Source: a virus (taxonomy: Duplodnaviria > Heunggongvirae > Uroviricota > Caudoviricetes). From it: DNA of 64,000 bases. The notes beneath the pieces were generated by a model. That model was not told the origin of the DNA and did no database searches. It saw nothing but the letters and a program-made list of their open reading frames with translations. Of the stretch, positions 37,300-46,502 are shown one piece after another (position 1 is the first letter of the stretch; each line of letters opens with the position of its first letter). The stretch lies in the IMG/VR virus record IMGVR_UViG_3300035492_000080, positions 1-64,000 of that record; one strand, written 5' to 3'. Made by a program: the position numbers and the translations under genes.

Positions 37300-37378
37300 T
37301 CCTTTAAAAGTTATTTATTAATCTACATACCTATGTTAACATGAAAAACCTATTAAGTCAATAGGTAACATTAAATAT

Positions 37379-37606
37379 TTAATCTGAATCTTTTCTTACT
37401 AGAGATTCGGATTGGATACCTAGTTCAGATAGTAAATTTTCTGTAAGTTCTGCAAATGCGTAATCTCTGTCAACAAAAAGGTCTTCAAGGTCCATCATAA
37501 CCAAGCAGTGACAGTTTGAGCACAAATCTCTAAACGAACCATCTGAATTTTTTCTTGATAACTCCTTAGCGTTAAGTATATTATCACAACTAATACATCT
37601 ACTCAT
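37379..37606 (-). CDS. small zinc-ribbon protein
   Basis: 75 aa; CxxC...CxxC (CISCDN...CSNCHC). Confidence 0.35.
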   Translation of the reverse strand: MSRCISCDNILNAKELSRKNSDGSFRDLCSNCHCLVMMDLEDLFVDRDYAFAELTENLLSELGIQSESLVRKDSD

Positions 37607-37758
37607 AATTCACTATTTATCTCCTAATATAAATATATTTATTTAAATATTTAAAATATATAAATTAATAATTATAAATATTTAATATATTTATAATTAT
37701 ACCATTAGTATTACAGATTGTCAATACCCTTGGTGAAAATTTTTATGAGATTTTTCTG

Positions 37759-37786
37759 TTGACTTCGCTGAAATCTGTGTTAAGAT
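37759..37786 (+). promoter_or_regulatory. sigma70-like early promoter (TTGACT-16-TAAGAT)
   Basis: Located in 240-bp AT-rich divergent region upstream of first plus-strand early gene. Confidence 0.35.
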
Positions 37787-37847
37787 AGATGCTCAATTTG
37801 GAATTCAGTAAGAATTCTTGTCAAGTCACTGATTTTGGAGGTATTTC

Positions 37848-38084
37848 ATGAGAGAAACTAAACAGGTGGTCACTTCTTCGTTTGCAAAGCTGGTTCAGGA
37901 GGTTGAGATTTTGGTGAAAGACGGTTACAGTGTGATCCACGATGGTGTTGCAGGCCCTTACCACCAAGTGCTAGGCAATTTTATCGTAAACTTTGAGCGT
38001 GAAGTTGAAGCTAAAGAAGAGGTTGACAACCAGACAGAAGAGGTTCAGAATACACAACGTCGTAATCGCAAAGGTGCTAAATAA
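37848..38084 (+). CDS. hypothetical acidic protein
   Basis: 78 aa, GGAGGT RBS. Confidence 0.4.
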   Translation: MRETKQVVTSSFAKLVQEVEILVKDGYSVIHDGVAGPYHQVLGNFIVNFEREVEAKEEVDNQTEEVQNTQRRNRKGAK

Positions 38085-38374
38085 TGTCTAAAGAAGCTGT
38101 TGATAAGATCGTTCGTAAGTGCATTGGTAATATGCAAGAAATGTTCAAGTCACTTGGAATGGGGGATGTAGTTTCTACTTCTGAAGAAGAAATTGAGATG
38201 ATGGTTAATGTCATGCTCCCGCATTTCAATATCTCTGAAGAGAAGTTCAACGAGTGCGAAGAATTCCTCAACTCTGAAACTTTTCAAGAGTATTCGACAA
38301 TGATTAAGAATATGGGAGAAGCCCTCCTGACTCATGCACAGGATATTGCTAAGAGTTCTGGAGTTGTTCACTAA
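38084..38374 (+). CDS. hypothetical acidic protein
   Basis: 96 aa; ATGA start/stop overlap with previous. Confidence 0.4.
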   Translation: MSKEAVDKIVRKCIGNMQEMFKSLGMGDVVSTSEEEIEMMVNVMLPHFNISEEKFNECEEFLNSETFQEYSTMIKNMGEALLTHAQDIAKSSGVVH

Positions 38375-38417
38375 TTTCTGAGAGGGGCTTATACAGCCCC
38401 TTACTTAAGGAGGTGCC

Positions 38418-39179
38418 ATGCCGAGAAAAAATGGGAACGTTACACGCGGTGAGCGTCGTCAAAGTCAACGCAATAAGCAACAAAAAACAGAACGTGTTCT
38501 TGACCCTCGTTTCAATGAAGAGCGTGAGAAGCTTATTAAGCCAGTCCTAGCTAAAAATGCTCATCAGAAAGAGTATCTGCGCAGTATCATGAGTAATATG
38601 ATCACTGTGGGCAGAGGGAGTGCTGGCACGGGCAAAACTTGGTGTGCTGCGGCGATGGCTTCTAATATGTACCTTAAGGGGGAAATTGATAAAATTGTTG
38701 TAATGCGACCACTTGTCGGGATGGGCAAATCTTCTGGTTTTTGGCCGGGGACGATTCAAGATAAACTTGGACCATACCTTGCTCCAATTCTCTCTACAAT
38801 CCGTGAACGTATTGGCGATGCTAGGTATGAGAACGATTTCAATAAAAATATCGTAATTCAGCCAATGGAAGCTGTTCGTGGTATGAATTTTAATGAAAAA
38901 ACATTCATCATTATTGATGAAGCTCAGAACTGCACACCTGAAGAAATTAGAAGTCTTACCACCCGTCTGGCCGAGGGGAGTAGGGCAGTATTTTGTGGTG
39001 ACAGTAAGCAAAAAGATTTGCAAGGGATGTCTGGGATAGATTATCTTTGTAATCTTATCAGCAAGCACAGTATCGAGAATTGTGGATTTGTTGACTTTAC
39101 ACCGGAAGATATCGTGCGATCAGGCTTGACACGAGTTTTTGTTGAGTTGTATGATGCCGAAGGACCATGCCCTAAATAA
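38418..39179 (+). CDS. phoH: PhoH-like ATPase
   Basis: 253 aa; Walker A GSAGTGKTW, Walker B IIIDEAQN, typical phage PhoH length. Confidence 0.8.
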   Translation: MPRKNGNVTRGERRQSQRNKQQKTERVLDPRFNEEREKLIKPVLAKNAHQKEYLRSIMSNMITVGRGSAGTGKTWCAAAMASNMYLKGEIDKIVVMRPLVGMGKSSGFWPGTIQDKLGPYLAPILSTIRERIGDARYENDFNKNIVIQPMEAVRGMNFNEKTFIIIDEAQNCTPEEIRSLTTRLAEGSRAVFCGDSKQKDLQGMSGIDYLCNLISKHSIENCGFVDFTPEDIVRSGLTRVFVELYDAEGPCPK

Positions 39180-39191
39180 GGAGGAAATTAT

Positions 39192-39869
39192 TTGAACACT
39201 GAAAATCGCCGCAACCCGCAACGAGTGCCAATGAATTTTAAGCCAACGGCACTTGTTAAAACATATCAAAGTAATGTTATTGACATTTACCTTGATGATG
39301 AAATTACCAGCCCTTCAGATTATCGTGAAGTTTACCATGCACTGTCTAATGCTGGTCCTCAAGACTTGGTGAAAATTCATATCAATTCACCCGGTGGGCG
39401 ACTTGACTCTGGTATTCAGATTATCAACCATATTCGTCATTGTGAGGCACTTGTTGTCGGTGTTTTGCATATGGACTGTGCATCTATGGCTTCTGGAATT
39501 TTCTTGGCATGTCATGATTGGGAGATCAATAAGTTTTCAACTATGATGGTTCATAGTTGTTCCTATGGTGCTGGCGGTAAACAGAGTGATATTAAGAACC
39601 GTGTAAACTTCATGACAGATTTTAATGAAAAATTTATTCGTGAGATTTATACTGGATTCTTGACTGAGGAAGAGATTGACCTTATCCTTAAGGGCGACGA
39701 TATTTATTTTTCTGCTGAAGAGATTGACAAGAAACTTGAACAGTTTAAACAATATCGTGAAAGCCTTAAGAACAGTGAGAGTACATCTGAGCTTAAGGAA
39801 GAGGAAGAGATTGTAATTAAGGCTAAGCCTGCGCGTAAGCGTACCTCTAAGTCGGAGAAGCAGGCGTGA
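39192..39869 (+). CDS. ClpP-family serine protease homolog (stand-alone, early region)
   Basis: 225 aa; INSPGG and CASMAS (ClpP active-site Ser region) motifs; TTG start after AAGGAGG; Lys/Glu-rich tail. Confidence 0.55.
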   Translation: MNTENRRNPQRVPMNFKPTALVKTYQSNVIDIYLDDEITSPSDYREVYHALSNAGPQDLVKIHINSPGGRLDSGIQIINHIRHCEALVVGVLHMDCASMASGIFLACHDWEINKFSTMMVHSCSYGAGGKQSDIKNRVNFMTDFNEKFIREIYTGFLTEEEIDLILKGDDIYFSAEEIDKKLEQFKQYRESLKNSESTSELKEEEEIVIKAKPARKRTSKSEKQA

Positions 39870-39941
39870 GCCTGCTTTAAAAGCTCATGGAGGATTTGAT
39901 CTATAGTATTCAAGAATACGTCAATCAGGAGGAATCTTTTT

Positions 39942-40226
39942 GTGGACGTGAAATTGAAAAAACAAATCTCTTTCTGCAAGTTCCTTCGAATCAGGAACAG
40001 TACCGAGAGCATCCCTGTTCGATCTTTCCGGCTAATGAGGAATAAGTATGAGCCGGAACTTGCCCTAGAGGCATATAAGTATGGAGACTTCGTTTATGCG
40101 ATATTTCGTTGCAAGAAGCAAAATGGTAATCGTCTCGCTACTTATTGTGTTAGGTATTGGGTCGGAGATTATGGGAGACTTGACCTATTTTCATACACTG
40201 TTGACACCTCATTTCGAGGTTTCTGA
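39942..40226 (+). CDS. hypothetical protein
   Basis: 94 aa ORF. Confidence 0.3.
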   Translation: MDVKLKKQISFCKFLRIRNSTESIPVRSFRLMRNKYEPELALEAYKYGDFVYAIFRCKKQNGNRLATYCVRYWVGDYGRLDLFSYTVDTSFRGF

Positions 40227-40504
40227 TGGTGGTTGATTGGATTAGAGATAAATATTCCTACAACTTAGTTATAGATACTATCGTACCTCGTTATAAACAC
40301 TCGGATGGTATTTTCAGGGTTGAGACAACAAGTGTAGTTATAAGTAACTTCCTCAAATCTCTTGGTTATGATGGGATTACCCCTGACGGAGCTAGAAAGT
40401 CTTTCTTAATAGAGGGAGATATTCAGTTTTTATTTGATTTTTTGAAAGTTCTGGGTATTGAAAAGAAATATGTATGGAGGACCACGGTTTATGTCAAAGA
40501 TTAA
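40226..40504 (+). CDS. hypothetical protein
   Basis: 92 aa, ATGA overlap. Confidence 0.35.
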   Translation: MVVDWIRDKYSYNLVIDTIVPRYKHSDGIFRVETTSVVISNFLKSLGYDGITPDGARKSFLIEGDIQFLFDFLKVLGIEKKYVWRTTVYVKD

Positions 40505-40754
40505 AATTACTATTCTTGAAGTTAAAGATATGAATCAGGAAGAGTTTACGCCTCCCTCAAAGTGGTATTTTATCAACGCACTCGGTCAGCATATCTATAT
40601 TCACTGTCGTGATCGCACTAATGCCGAGCAATATATCACCGAGACTTATGGTAAGGGTTTCTATAAACTTCGCACATCTTCTCTAGAGAAGAATAAGGGG
40701 GAAGTTACTTGTAAAGGCACTGCTACCCGGAAAGGACAGAAATCTTATAATTGA
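40458..40754 (+). CDS. hypothetical protein
   Basis: 98 aa; start may be internal (MSKIKITILE at about 40491). Confidence 0.3.
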   Translation: MKRNMYGGPRFMSKIKITILEVKDMNQEEFTPPSKWYFINALGQHIYIHCRDRTNAEQYITETYGKGFYKLRTSSLEKNKGEVTCKGTATRKGQKSYN

Positions 40755-40766
40755 TAGGAGAGGGAG

Positions 40767-41252
40767 TTGTTTGATTTTAATAAAATTGTCATAGATAGAG
40801 CCTCACCTTCAGGTATTGCTTGGAGAAACGGTAAGCCCGCAGGTACGCTACGAAAGGATGGGTATTGGAGGGTTGGAAAGGAAAAGGTATATGTCCACAA
40901 AATTGTATGGGAACTTTACTATGGGACCGTGCCTGAAGGTTTTGAGGTTGACCATATTGACGGAAACCCTTCTAACAACTTAATTGAAAATTTACAAATA
41001 AAAACACACGCTGAAAATATGTGCAACACTAAGAAAAGGAAGCACAATAAAACAGGAGTTAATGGGGTGAGTAAGCTTGTTGTGGGAGACTATTCATACT
41101 ACACAGCTCAATGGCATGAGGGAGGTAAACTTATTGTGAAAAGGTTTTCAATTAATAAACTTGGCGACAATTTGGCACTAGCTCTTGCTGTTCAGGCTCG
41201 TAAATCTGCTGAGCAGCTATTAAATAAGTTTACTAACAGGCATGGGACTTAA
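40767..41252 (+). CDS. HNH homing endonuclease (AP2-domain type)
   Basis: 161 aa; VDHIDGNPSNNLIENLQIKTHAENM. Confidence 0.7.
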   Translation: MFDFNKIVIDRASPSGIAWRNGKPAGTLRKDGYWRVGKEKVYVHKIVWELYYGTVPEGFEVDHIDGNPSNNLIENLQIKTHAENMCNTKKRKHNKTGVNGVSKLVVGDYSYYTAQWHEGGKLIVKRFSINKLGDNLALALAVQARKSAEQLLNKFTNRHGT

Positions 41253-41560
41253 TGGATATCAGGGACATTATTATAAATGGGCAAACCTTGAAAAGTGCCC
41301 TTAATGACTTAACAACATATGTGTTAAAAACATTAGGAAGTCCTAAGTACACAACCCAAACCTCGCACACGATATTCTTCTCATACCCGAAGTATGATAT
41401 ATGTTTCTATCTTTCCACATCTACAAATAACTTAAACTTCGCCATAGATTCATATGATAGGCGCGTTAGGAACTACCTTGAGTCAGCTGGGACAGTTTAT
41501 GATTTAAACCAGTTCAAAGATATAGTGGAGATACTTATGGAGGGTGAGAATGCAGATTAA
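41252..41560 (+). CDS. hypothetical protein
   Basis: 102 aa. Confidence 0.35.
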   Translation: MDIRDIIINGQTLKSALNDLTTYVLKTLGSPKYTTQTSHTIFFSYPKYDICFYLSTSTNNLNFAIDSYDRRVRNYLESAGTVYDLNQFKDIVEILMEGENAD

Positions 41561-42227
41561 AGATTTAGATTTGAGAGGATTTAAAGGAAGAATCTTCTTC
41601 ACTACTGATTTACATGGCCACTATAACCTCCTTCATGAAAAATTGAAGGAGGTGGCATTTAATGGGGATAAGGATATTCTTCTGGTTGGTGGGGATTTGT
41701 GTGACAGAGGCCCAGACAGTCAATATGTTTTAGATTACTTGAATGAACCTTGGTTCATATCAATTATGGGTAATCATGAGAAGATGTTGATTGATGCTTA
41801 TGAGAACCCATCAGATAGGAATTGCTATGAGATGCTATTTTTGAATGGTGGTGAGTGGTTTTACAACATTCCTAAAACTAAGCAAAAGGCCATTTATGAC
41901 AGTTTCAAGGAACTCCCATTAGCAATCAAGGTTATAACTGATTCGGAAACAGTTGGAATCGTCCATGCCCAATGTCCCTACGATGATTGGGAAGAATTTT
42001 CCAAAATGACCAAAGCAGAAATTGAGTGGGATGGTGCTGCAACTTCTCAATGGGCTAGGAGTAACTACTTATACCGGAAAGACATCACTATTGGTGGTGT
42101 AGATCGTTTACTTGTTGGACACTCTCCGACAAGTACAGGAGAGGTTGAGGTAATTGGTAATACTTGGTATTGTGACCTTGGGTCTTTCTTCAGAGATAAG
42201 CTCTGTTTATTGGAGATTGGAATTTGA
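41544..42227 (+). CDS. Ser/Thr protein phosphatase (lambda PPase-like metallophosphoesterase)
   Basis: 227 aa; TTDLHG, GDLCDRGPDS, GNHE motifs. Confidence 0.75.
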   Translation: MRMQIKDLDLRGFKGRIFFTTDLHGHYNLLHEKLKEVAFNGDKDILLVGGDLCDRGPDSQYVLDYLNEPWFISIMGNHEKMLIDAYENPSDRNCYEMLFLNGGEWFYNIPKTKQKAIYDSFKELPLAIKVITDSETVGIVHAQCPYDDWEEFSKMTKAEIEWDGAATSQWARSNYLYRKDITIGGVDRLLVGHSPTSTGEVEVIGNTWYCDLGSFFRDKLCLLEIGI

Positions 42228-42637
42228 AAGATAAATATATTGAAGCTCTACTAGATATGGCTGAAAGGTTTGGGCAGACAAGTGAAGCAGTTCGTTTAAA
42301 AGTTGGATGCCTTATCTACAAAAATGACTCAATTATTTCAATGGGTGTTAATGGTCAGCCAGAAGGTTGGCCATCCGAGTTCTGTGAAGGTGAAGACGGG
42401 AAAACTTTGCCAACAGTGAGGCATGCTGAAGATGCTGCTTTGCAGAAGCTTTGCAGAAGCACAGAAACTTCTGTAGGGTCAGTGATGTTTATAAGTCATG
42501 CACCTTGCCTCCCCTGCGCAATAAAGATTGCAACCGCAAAAATTTCTGCGGTATACTACCGCTATGATTATCGACTTAGTGATGGGATTGACTATCTTAG
42601 GTCGAAAGGAATTTTGGTTGAGAAATGTTCGGATTAG
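42224..42637 (+). CDS. dCMP / cytidine deaminase family zinc enzyme
   Basis: 137 aa; HAEDAAL and PCLPCA zinc-binding motifs. Confidence 0.7.
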   Translation: MKDKYIEALLDMAERFGQTSEAVRLKVGCLIYKNDSIISMGVNGQPEGWPSEFCEGEDGKTLPTVRHAEDAALQKLCRSTETSVGSVMFISHAPCLPCAIKIATAKISAVYYRYDYRLSDGIDYLRSKGILVEKCSD

Positions 42638-42882
42638 ACGAGCCAACAATTCTTGAGTGGTGGGAAGAGTGTCAGAAGAGGCTCCCACCAAGAACCAATC
42701 AAATTGGCAGTAAGCTTTTCATGTATATGAAAATCACTGTAATAGAAATTCCTAACAAGGCCTGCTATAATTATCTTGCAGCCTGCGGGTACAGGTGTAA
42801 TCGGAATGGTGAGATGTTACTTTCTGTAAAAGAGTACGATGAGTATATTTCATTTCAAAAAATGATGCTGGAGGGAAAATAG
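42625..42882 (+). CDS. hypothetical protein
   Basis: 85 aa. Confidence 0.3.
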   Translation: MFGLDEPTILEWWEECQKRLPPRTNQIGSKLFMYMKITVIEIPNKACYNYLAACGYRCNRNGEMLLSVKEYDEYISFQKMMLEGK

Positions 42883-43688
42883 TGATTAAATATGAGCTGA
42901 GATGTTCCACATATTTCGTGGATACGATGAAGTTCCCCGGTGGGGAGGTGGGTGTTCGCTTGCCTTCTCCAAAGCATATGAGCGGCGACATCAAGCTTAC
43001 TGCCCACTTGAAAAATAGTGACAATGTGATGCAGTTGCTGATGACTGTGGATGCTATTCGTCGTAATCATCCCGGCTCGAAGATTCATGCAACAATCCCT
43101 TACATCCCATACGCACGGCAAGACCGCGTATGTAATCAGGGTGAGAGTTTAAGTATTGCTGTGATGGCCTCGCTCATTAATTCATGCAAATTTGACACTG
43201 TGACCACGCTTGATCCACACTCAGACGTTGTAGGTGCTCTCATCAACAATCTTGAAATCATCGAACAACATGATATTTTCCAGTGTGTGAAAACATCTTG
43301 GGAAAACACTCACATTGTTGCCCCTGATGGTGGCGCATACAAGAAATGTATGAAGTTTGCACAACGTGTAGGAGCTGCTGGGGTAATTGTCTGTAACAAG
43401 GTGAGAAACCTCAAGACCGGACAGATTGAGAGCCTCACTTGTAGTGAAAATGTTGGAGGAAAAGAGCTTTTTGTTCTAGATGACATTTGTGATGGTGGTA
43501 GAACCTTCGTCGAACTTGCTCAGGAGCTAAAAGGGGCAAAGAGTATTTCTCTGGCGGTGACACACGGAATTTTCTCAAAAGGTGTGGAAGTTGTTGCAAA
43601 GCATTTTGACACTGTGTACACTACCAACTCATTCCACGGCAATGAGCTGCCAGAAGATTGGGCAGATGTTGTGCAGATTAATTATTAA
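42882..43688 (+). CDS. prs: ribose-phosphate pyrophosphokinase (PRPP synthetase)
   Basis: 268 aa; PRPP-binding loop VLDDICDGGRTF, PYARQDR motif. Confidence 0.8.
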   Translation: MIKYELRCSTYFVDTMKFPGGEVGVRLPSPKHMSGDIKLTAHLKNSDNVMQLLMTVDAIRRNHPGSKIHATIPYIPYARQDRVCNQGESLSIAVMASLINSCKFDTVTTLDPHSDVVGALINNLEIIEQHDIFQCVKTSWENTHIVAPDGGAYKKCMKFAQRVGAAGVIVCNKVRNLKTGQIESLTCSENVGGKELFVLDDICDGGRTFVELAQELKGAKSISLAVTHGIFSKGVEVVAKHFDTVYTTNSFHGNELPEDWADVVQINY

Positions 43689-43697
43689 GGAGGGATA

Positions 43698-45245
43698 ATG
43701 AAACTACGGGCCGCAACCGTCACCGACGGATATAAAGTAGGTCACGGCAACATGTATGCCGATGGCACTGAAAAAGTATATAGCAACCTCACCCCACGGA
43801 GTGATAAAATTTATCTTCGAAATGCCACAAAATTTTATGATGGAAAATTGGTTTTTGTAGGTGCTCAGGGTGCTGTTCAAGAAATTCAAGAAATGTGGCA
43901 TCAAACATTTTTTGATATTCCAGCTATCGTGGCTGTCAGTGAATATGCCCGCCGTATGGCCACCTATCTTGGTGGAGAGGTGAAAGCAACTGAACAGCTG
44001 AATGAACTTCACAAGCTCGGTTATCTGCCGCTGGAGATTAAGGCTCTGCCGGAAGGTAGTAAGGTGAAGATGGGCATTCCTGTGATGACAATTACCAACA
44101 CTGATAGTCGCTTCTTCTGGCTTGTCAACTATCTGGAAACTGTTATCAGTAATCTGGTGTGGAAACCATCCACTAACGCAACGATTGCTGCTGAATACAA
44201 AGCAATTTGTGAGCATTACGGCAAACTGACTGGAATGGACGAATTCTCCATTTCTATTCAATGCCATGACTTCTCCATGCGTGGTATGTCTGGTCCTGAA
44301 GATGCTGCCCGGAGTGGCTTTGCACACCTGATAAGTTTTATTGGAACCGACACTCTACCGGCAATGGATTATGCAGAAATGTATTATGATGCTGATCCAG
44401 AAAGTTTGATTGCTATTTCTGTCCCGGCAACGGAACATGCTGTAGCTACAAATAATATCCTATATCTGGAACAGGGTGTACAGGTTATTCCAACAGGTTG
44501 GGATGTTCGCAAGGTAGCTGAGTTGCGCTTCATGCAAGACCTTATCACACGCAAATATCCAACCGGCATTGTGAGCTATGTTGCAGATAGCTTTGACTTT
44601 TGGTCGGTAGTTACTGAGATTGTGCCTTCTCTGAAAGAAGTTATCCTTTCTCGTGAAGCGAATGGTGCAGCTCCCGGTAAGTTGGTGATTCGCCCTGACT
44701 CCGGTGATCCTGTGAAAGTTATTTGTGGAGATGTTGGTGCTCCGATTGGTTCCCCTGAATTTAAAGGTGCTGTTGAGTGCCTGTGGGAAACCTTTGGCGG
44801 AACTGAAACCTCCACTGGCTATAAGCTTCTGGACAGTCACATTGGCCTGATCTACGGTGACAGTATCACCACACAGCGTTGCGAAGAGATTCTTCGCCGT
44901 TTGCAAGAAAAAGGCTTTGCTTCTGGTAATGTGGTGTTTGGTGTTGGAAGTTATACTTATCAGTGTAACACCCGTGACACTTTCGGTTTTGCTGTTAAGG
45001 CAACATACTCTGAAGTTAATGGTGTTCCTGTGAACATTTTTAAAGACCCGAAAACAGATAGCAAGAAGAAGAGTGCAAAAGGGCTTCTGTGTGTTGAACG
45101 TGATGAAGATGGTGAATTCAAGCTGTATGATGAAGTTAGTAAAACAGCAGAACTTGAAGGTTATCTGTACACCATTTTCAAAGATGGTGAGTGGGTGAAG
45201 CGCACAAATCTTGAAGAAATTCGGAGCCGTCTGGTATGGGAGTGA
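43698..45245 (+). CDS. nadV: nicotinamide phosphoribosyltransferase (NAMPT / NadV)
   Basis: 515 aa; length and conserved blocks of NAPRTase family, directly after prs. Confidence 0.8.
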   Translation: MKLRAATVTDGYKVGHGNMYADGTEKVYSNLTPRSDKIYLRNATKFYDGKLVFVGAQGAVQEIQEMWHQTFFDIPAIVAVSEYARRMATYLGGEVKATEQLNELHKLGYLPLEIKALPEGSKVKMGIPVMTITNTDSRFFWLVNYLETVISNLVWKPSTNATIAAEYKAICEHYGKLTGMDEFSISIQCHDFSMRGMSGPEDAARSGFAHLISFIGTDTLPAMDYAEMYYDADPESLIAISVPATEHAVATNNILYLEQGVQVIPTGWDVRKVAELRFMQDLITRKYPTGIVSYVADSFDFWSVVTEIVPSLKEVILSREANGAAPGKLVIRPDSGDPVKVICGDVGAPIGSPEFKGAVECLWETFGGTETSTGYKLLDSHIGLIYGDSITTQRCEEILRRLQEKGFASGNVVFGVGSYTYQCNTRDTFGFAVKATYSEVNGVPVNIFKDPKTDSKKKSAKGLLCVERDEDGEFKLYDEVSKTAELEGYLYTIFKDGEWVKRTNLEEIRSRLVWE

Positions 45246-45697
45246 TGAGATATCGTCAAGGCGACCTTATCCAAGCTCTGAAGAATGGGGAGGTGGGTGT
45301 AATAGCTCACCAAGCCAACTGCATGAATACAATGGGAAGTGGGGTTGCAAAAGCTATCCGTGAAAACTTCCCTGAAGCATATGCGGCAGATTGCGAGACA
45401 GAGCGGGGAGATGCCGATAAACTTGGCAACTATACTTTTGCAGAGAATGAGCATGGGTTGATTTTTAATCTATACGGGCAGTATAATTATGGTCGAGATG
45501 GTGCTCACTATACTCAACTGGCCTCTCTTGAAGAAGCTCTTGAGAATATGGCAATATACTTGACGGATATTGGCTATAAAGGTAAAGTGGGAATCCCGAA
45601 GCTCGGTTGCGGGTTGGGAGGTGCTGATTGGAACCAAGTAGCTCGTGTAGTTTCTCGTGCTCTTGATAACTTTGAAGTGATTGTTTATTCAATTTAA
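45236..45697 (+). CDS. macro-domain protein (ADP-ribose binding / hydrolase family)
   Basis: 153 aa; IAHQANCMNTMGSGVAKAI and KLGCGLGG glycine-rich motifs; overlaps nadV stop. Confidence 0.6.
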   Translation: MGVMRYRQGDLIQALKNGEVGVIAHQANCMNTMGSGVAKAIRENFPEAYAADCETERGDADKLGNYTFAENEHGLIFNLYGQYNYGRDGAHYTQLASLEEALENMAIYLTDIGYKGKVGIPKLGCGLGGADWNQVARVVSRALDNFEVIVYSI

Positions 45698-45708
45698 GGA
45701 GGAATATA

Positions 45709-45941
45709 TGTTTTTCTTTTGGCGTACTAAAAAAGAAAGCCCGGAAGCACTAGTAGAAGATGCTCTGAGTGGATTCAATGCAGCAGTGGAGAAGATGAAC
45801 ACTGCTACTGCTCAAATCGAGAGTGCAATTGTTAACCACGAGGTGAATATTTCTGAAATTCAGAAGAAAATCACTGAAGCACAAGAAGCTAAGAGTCGTA
45901 TCACTCGGATCAGTGAGAAGTTTAAGGAGCTGCTAGCTTAA
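45709..45941 (+). CDS. hypothetical coiled-coil protein
   Basis: About 77 aa from ATG at 45709 after AGGAGGAAT RBS. Confidence 0.3.
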
Positions 45942-46501
45942 TGGCAGTTTTCTTTACTTCGGATAATCACCACAGGCATAAGAATATCATCGAATATAGT
46001 GATCGACCTTGGAAGTTCGAAGACCAAACCGCCGAGCTAATTGCTCGGTGGAACAGTCGAGTTGGTAAAAATGATGATGTTTACCACCTTGGAGATTTTG
46101 TGTTTGCCGGTGCAAAAAATTTCAACCAAGTGGTTGAAATAATTAAATCACTTAATGGTAGAATCCATTTTATTAAAGGAAACCATTGTGACTGGAAACT
46201 TTGGGAGATGATCAAGAAAGAGAAACTCCAAAATGTTGTGTGGATTCGGGATTATGCTGAAATCAGTGTAAATAAGCAGAAGATTATTCTGTCGCACTAT
46301 CCATTTGCAATCTGGAACCAGAGTCATCGAGGGAGTTGGCATTTGCATGGCCACTGCCACGGAAGTTATCAGGGCGATGGTAAGGTGTTGGATGTTGGTA
46401 TCGACAACCATCCTGACTTCCAAGTGTTTTCTTTTGAGGAAATTGAGCACTTTATGTCACAGCGTGAATTTGTACAAAACTCACACCACAGGGGAGATTG
46501 A
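45941..46501 (+). CDS. calcineurin-like metallophosphoesterase (putative polynucleotide 3'-phosphatase)
   Basis: 186 aa; DNHH..GDFV..GNHC..HGH motifs; co-located with RNA ligase and kinase. Confidence 0.65.
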   Translation: MAVFFTSDNHHRHKNIIEYSDRPWKFEDQTAELIARWNSRVGKNDDVYHLGDFVFAGAKNFNQVVEIIKSLNGRIHFIKGNHCDWKLWEMIKKEKLQNVVWIRDYAEISVNKQKIILSHYPFAIWNQSHRGSWHLHGHCHGSYQGDGKVLDVGIDNHPDFQVFSFEEIEHFMSQREFVQNSHHRGD

Positions 46502-46502
46502 G

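Noticed and set aside
43704-44906. Minus-strand ORFs (207, 148 aa) within nadV
   Set aside because: Antisense to a confidently assigned Nampt gene
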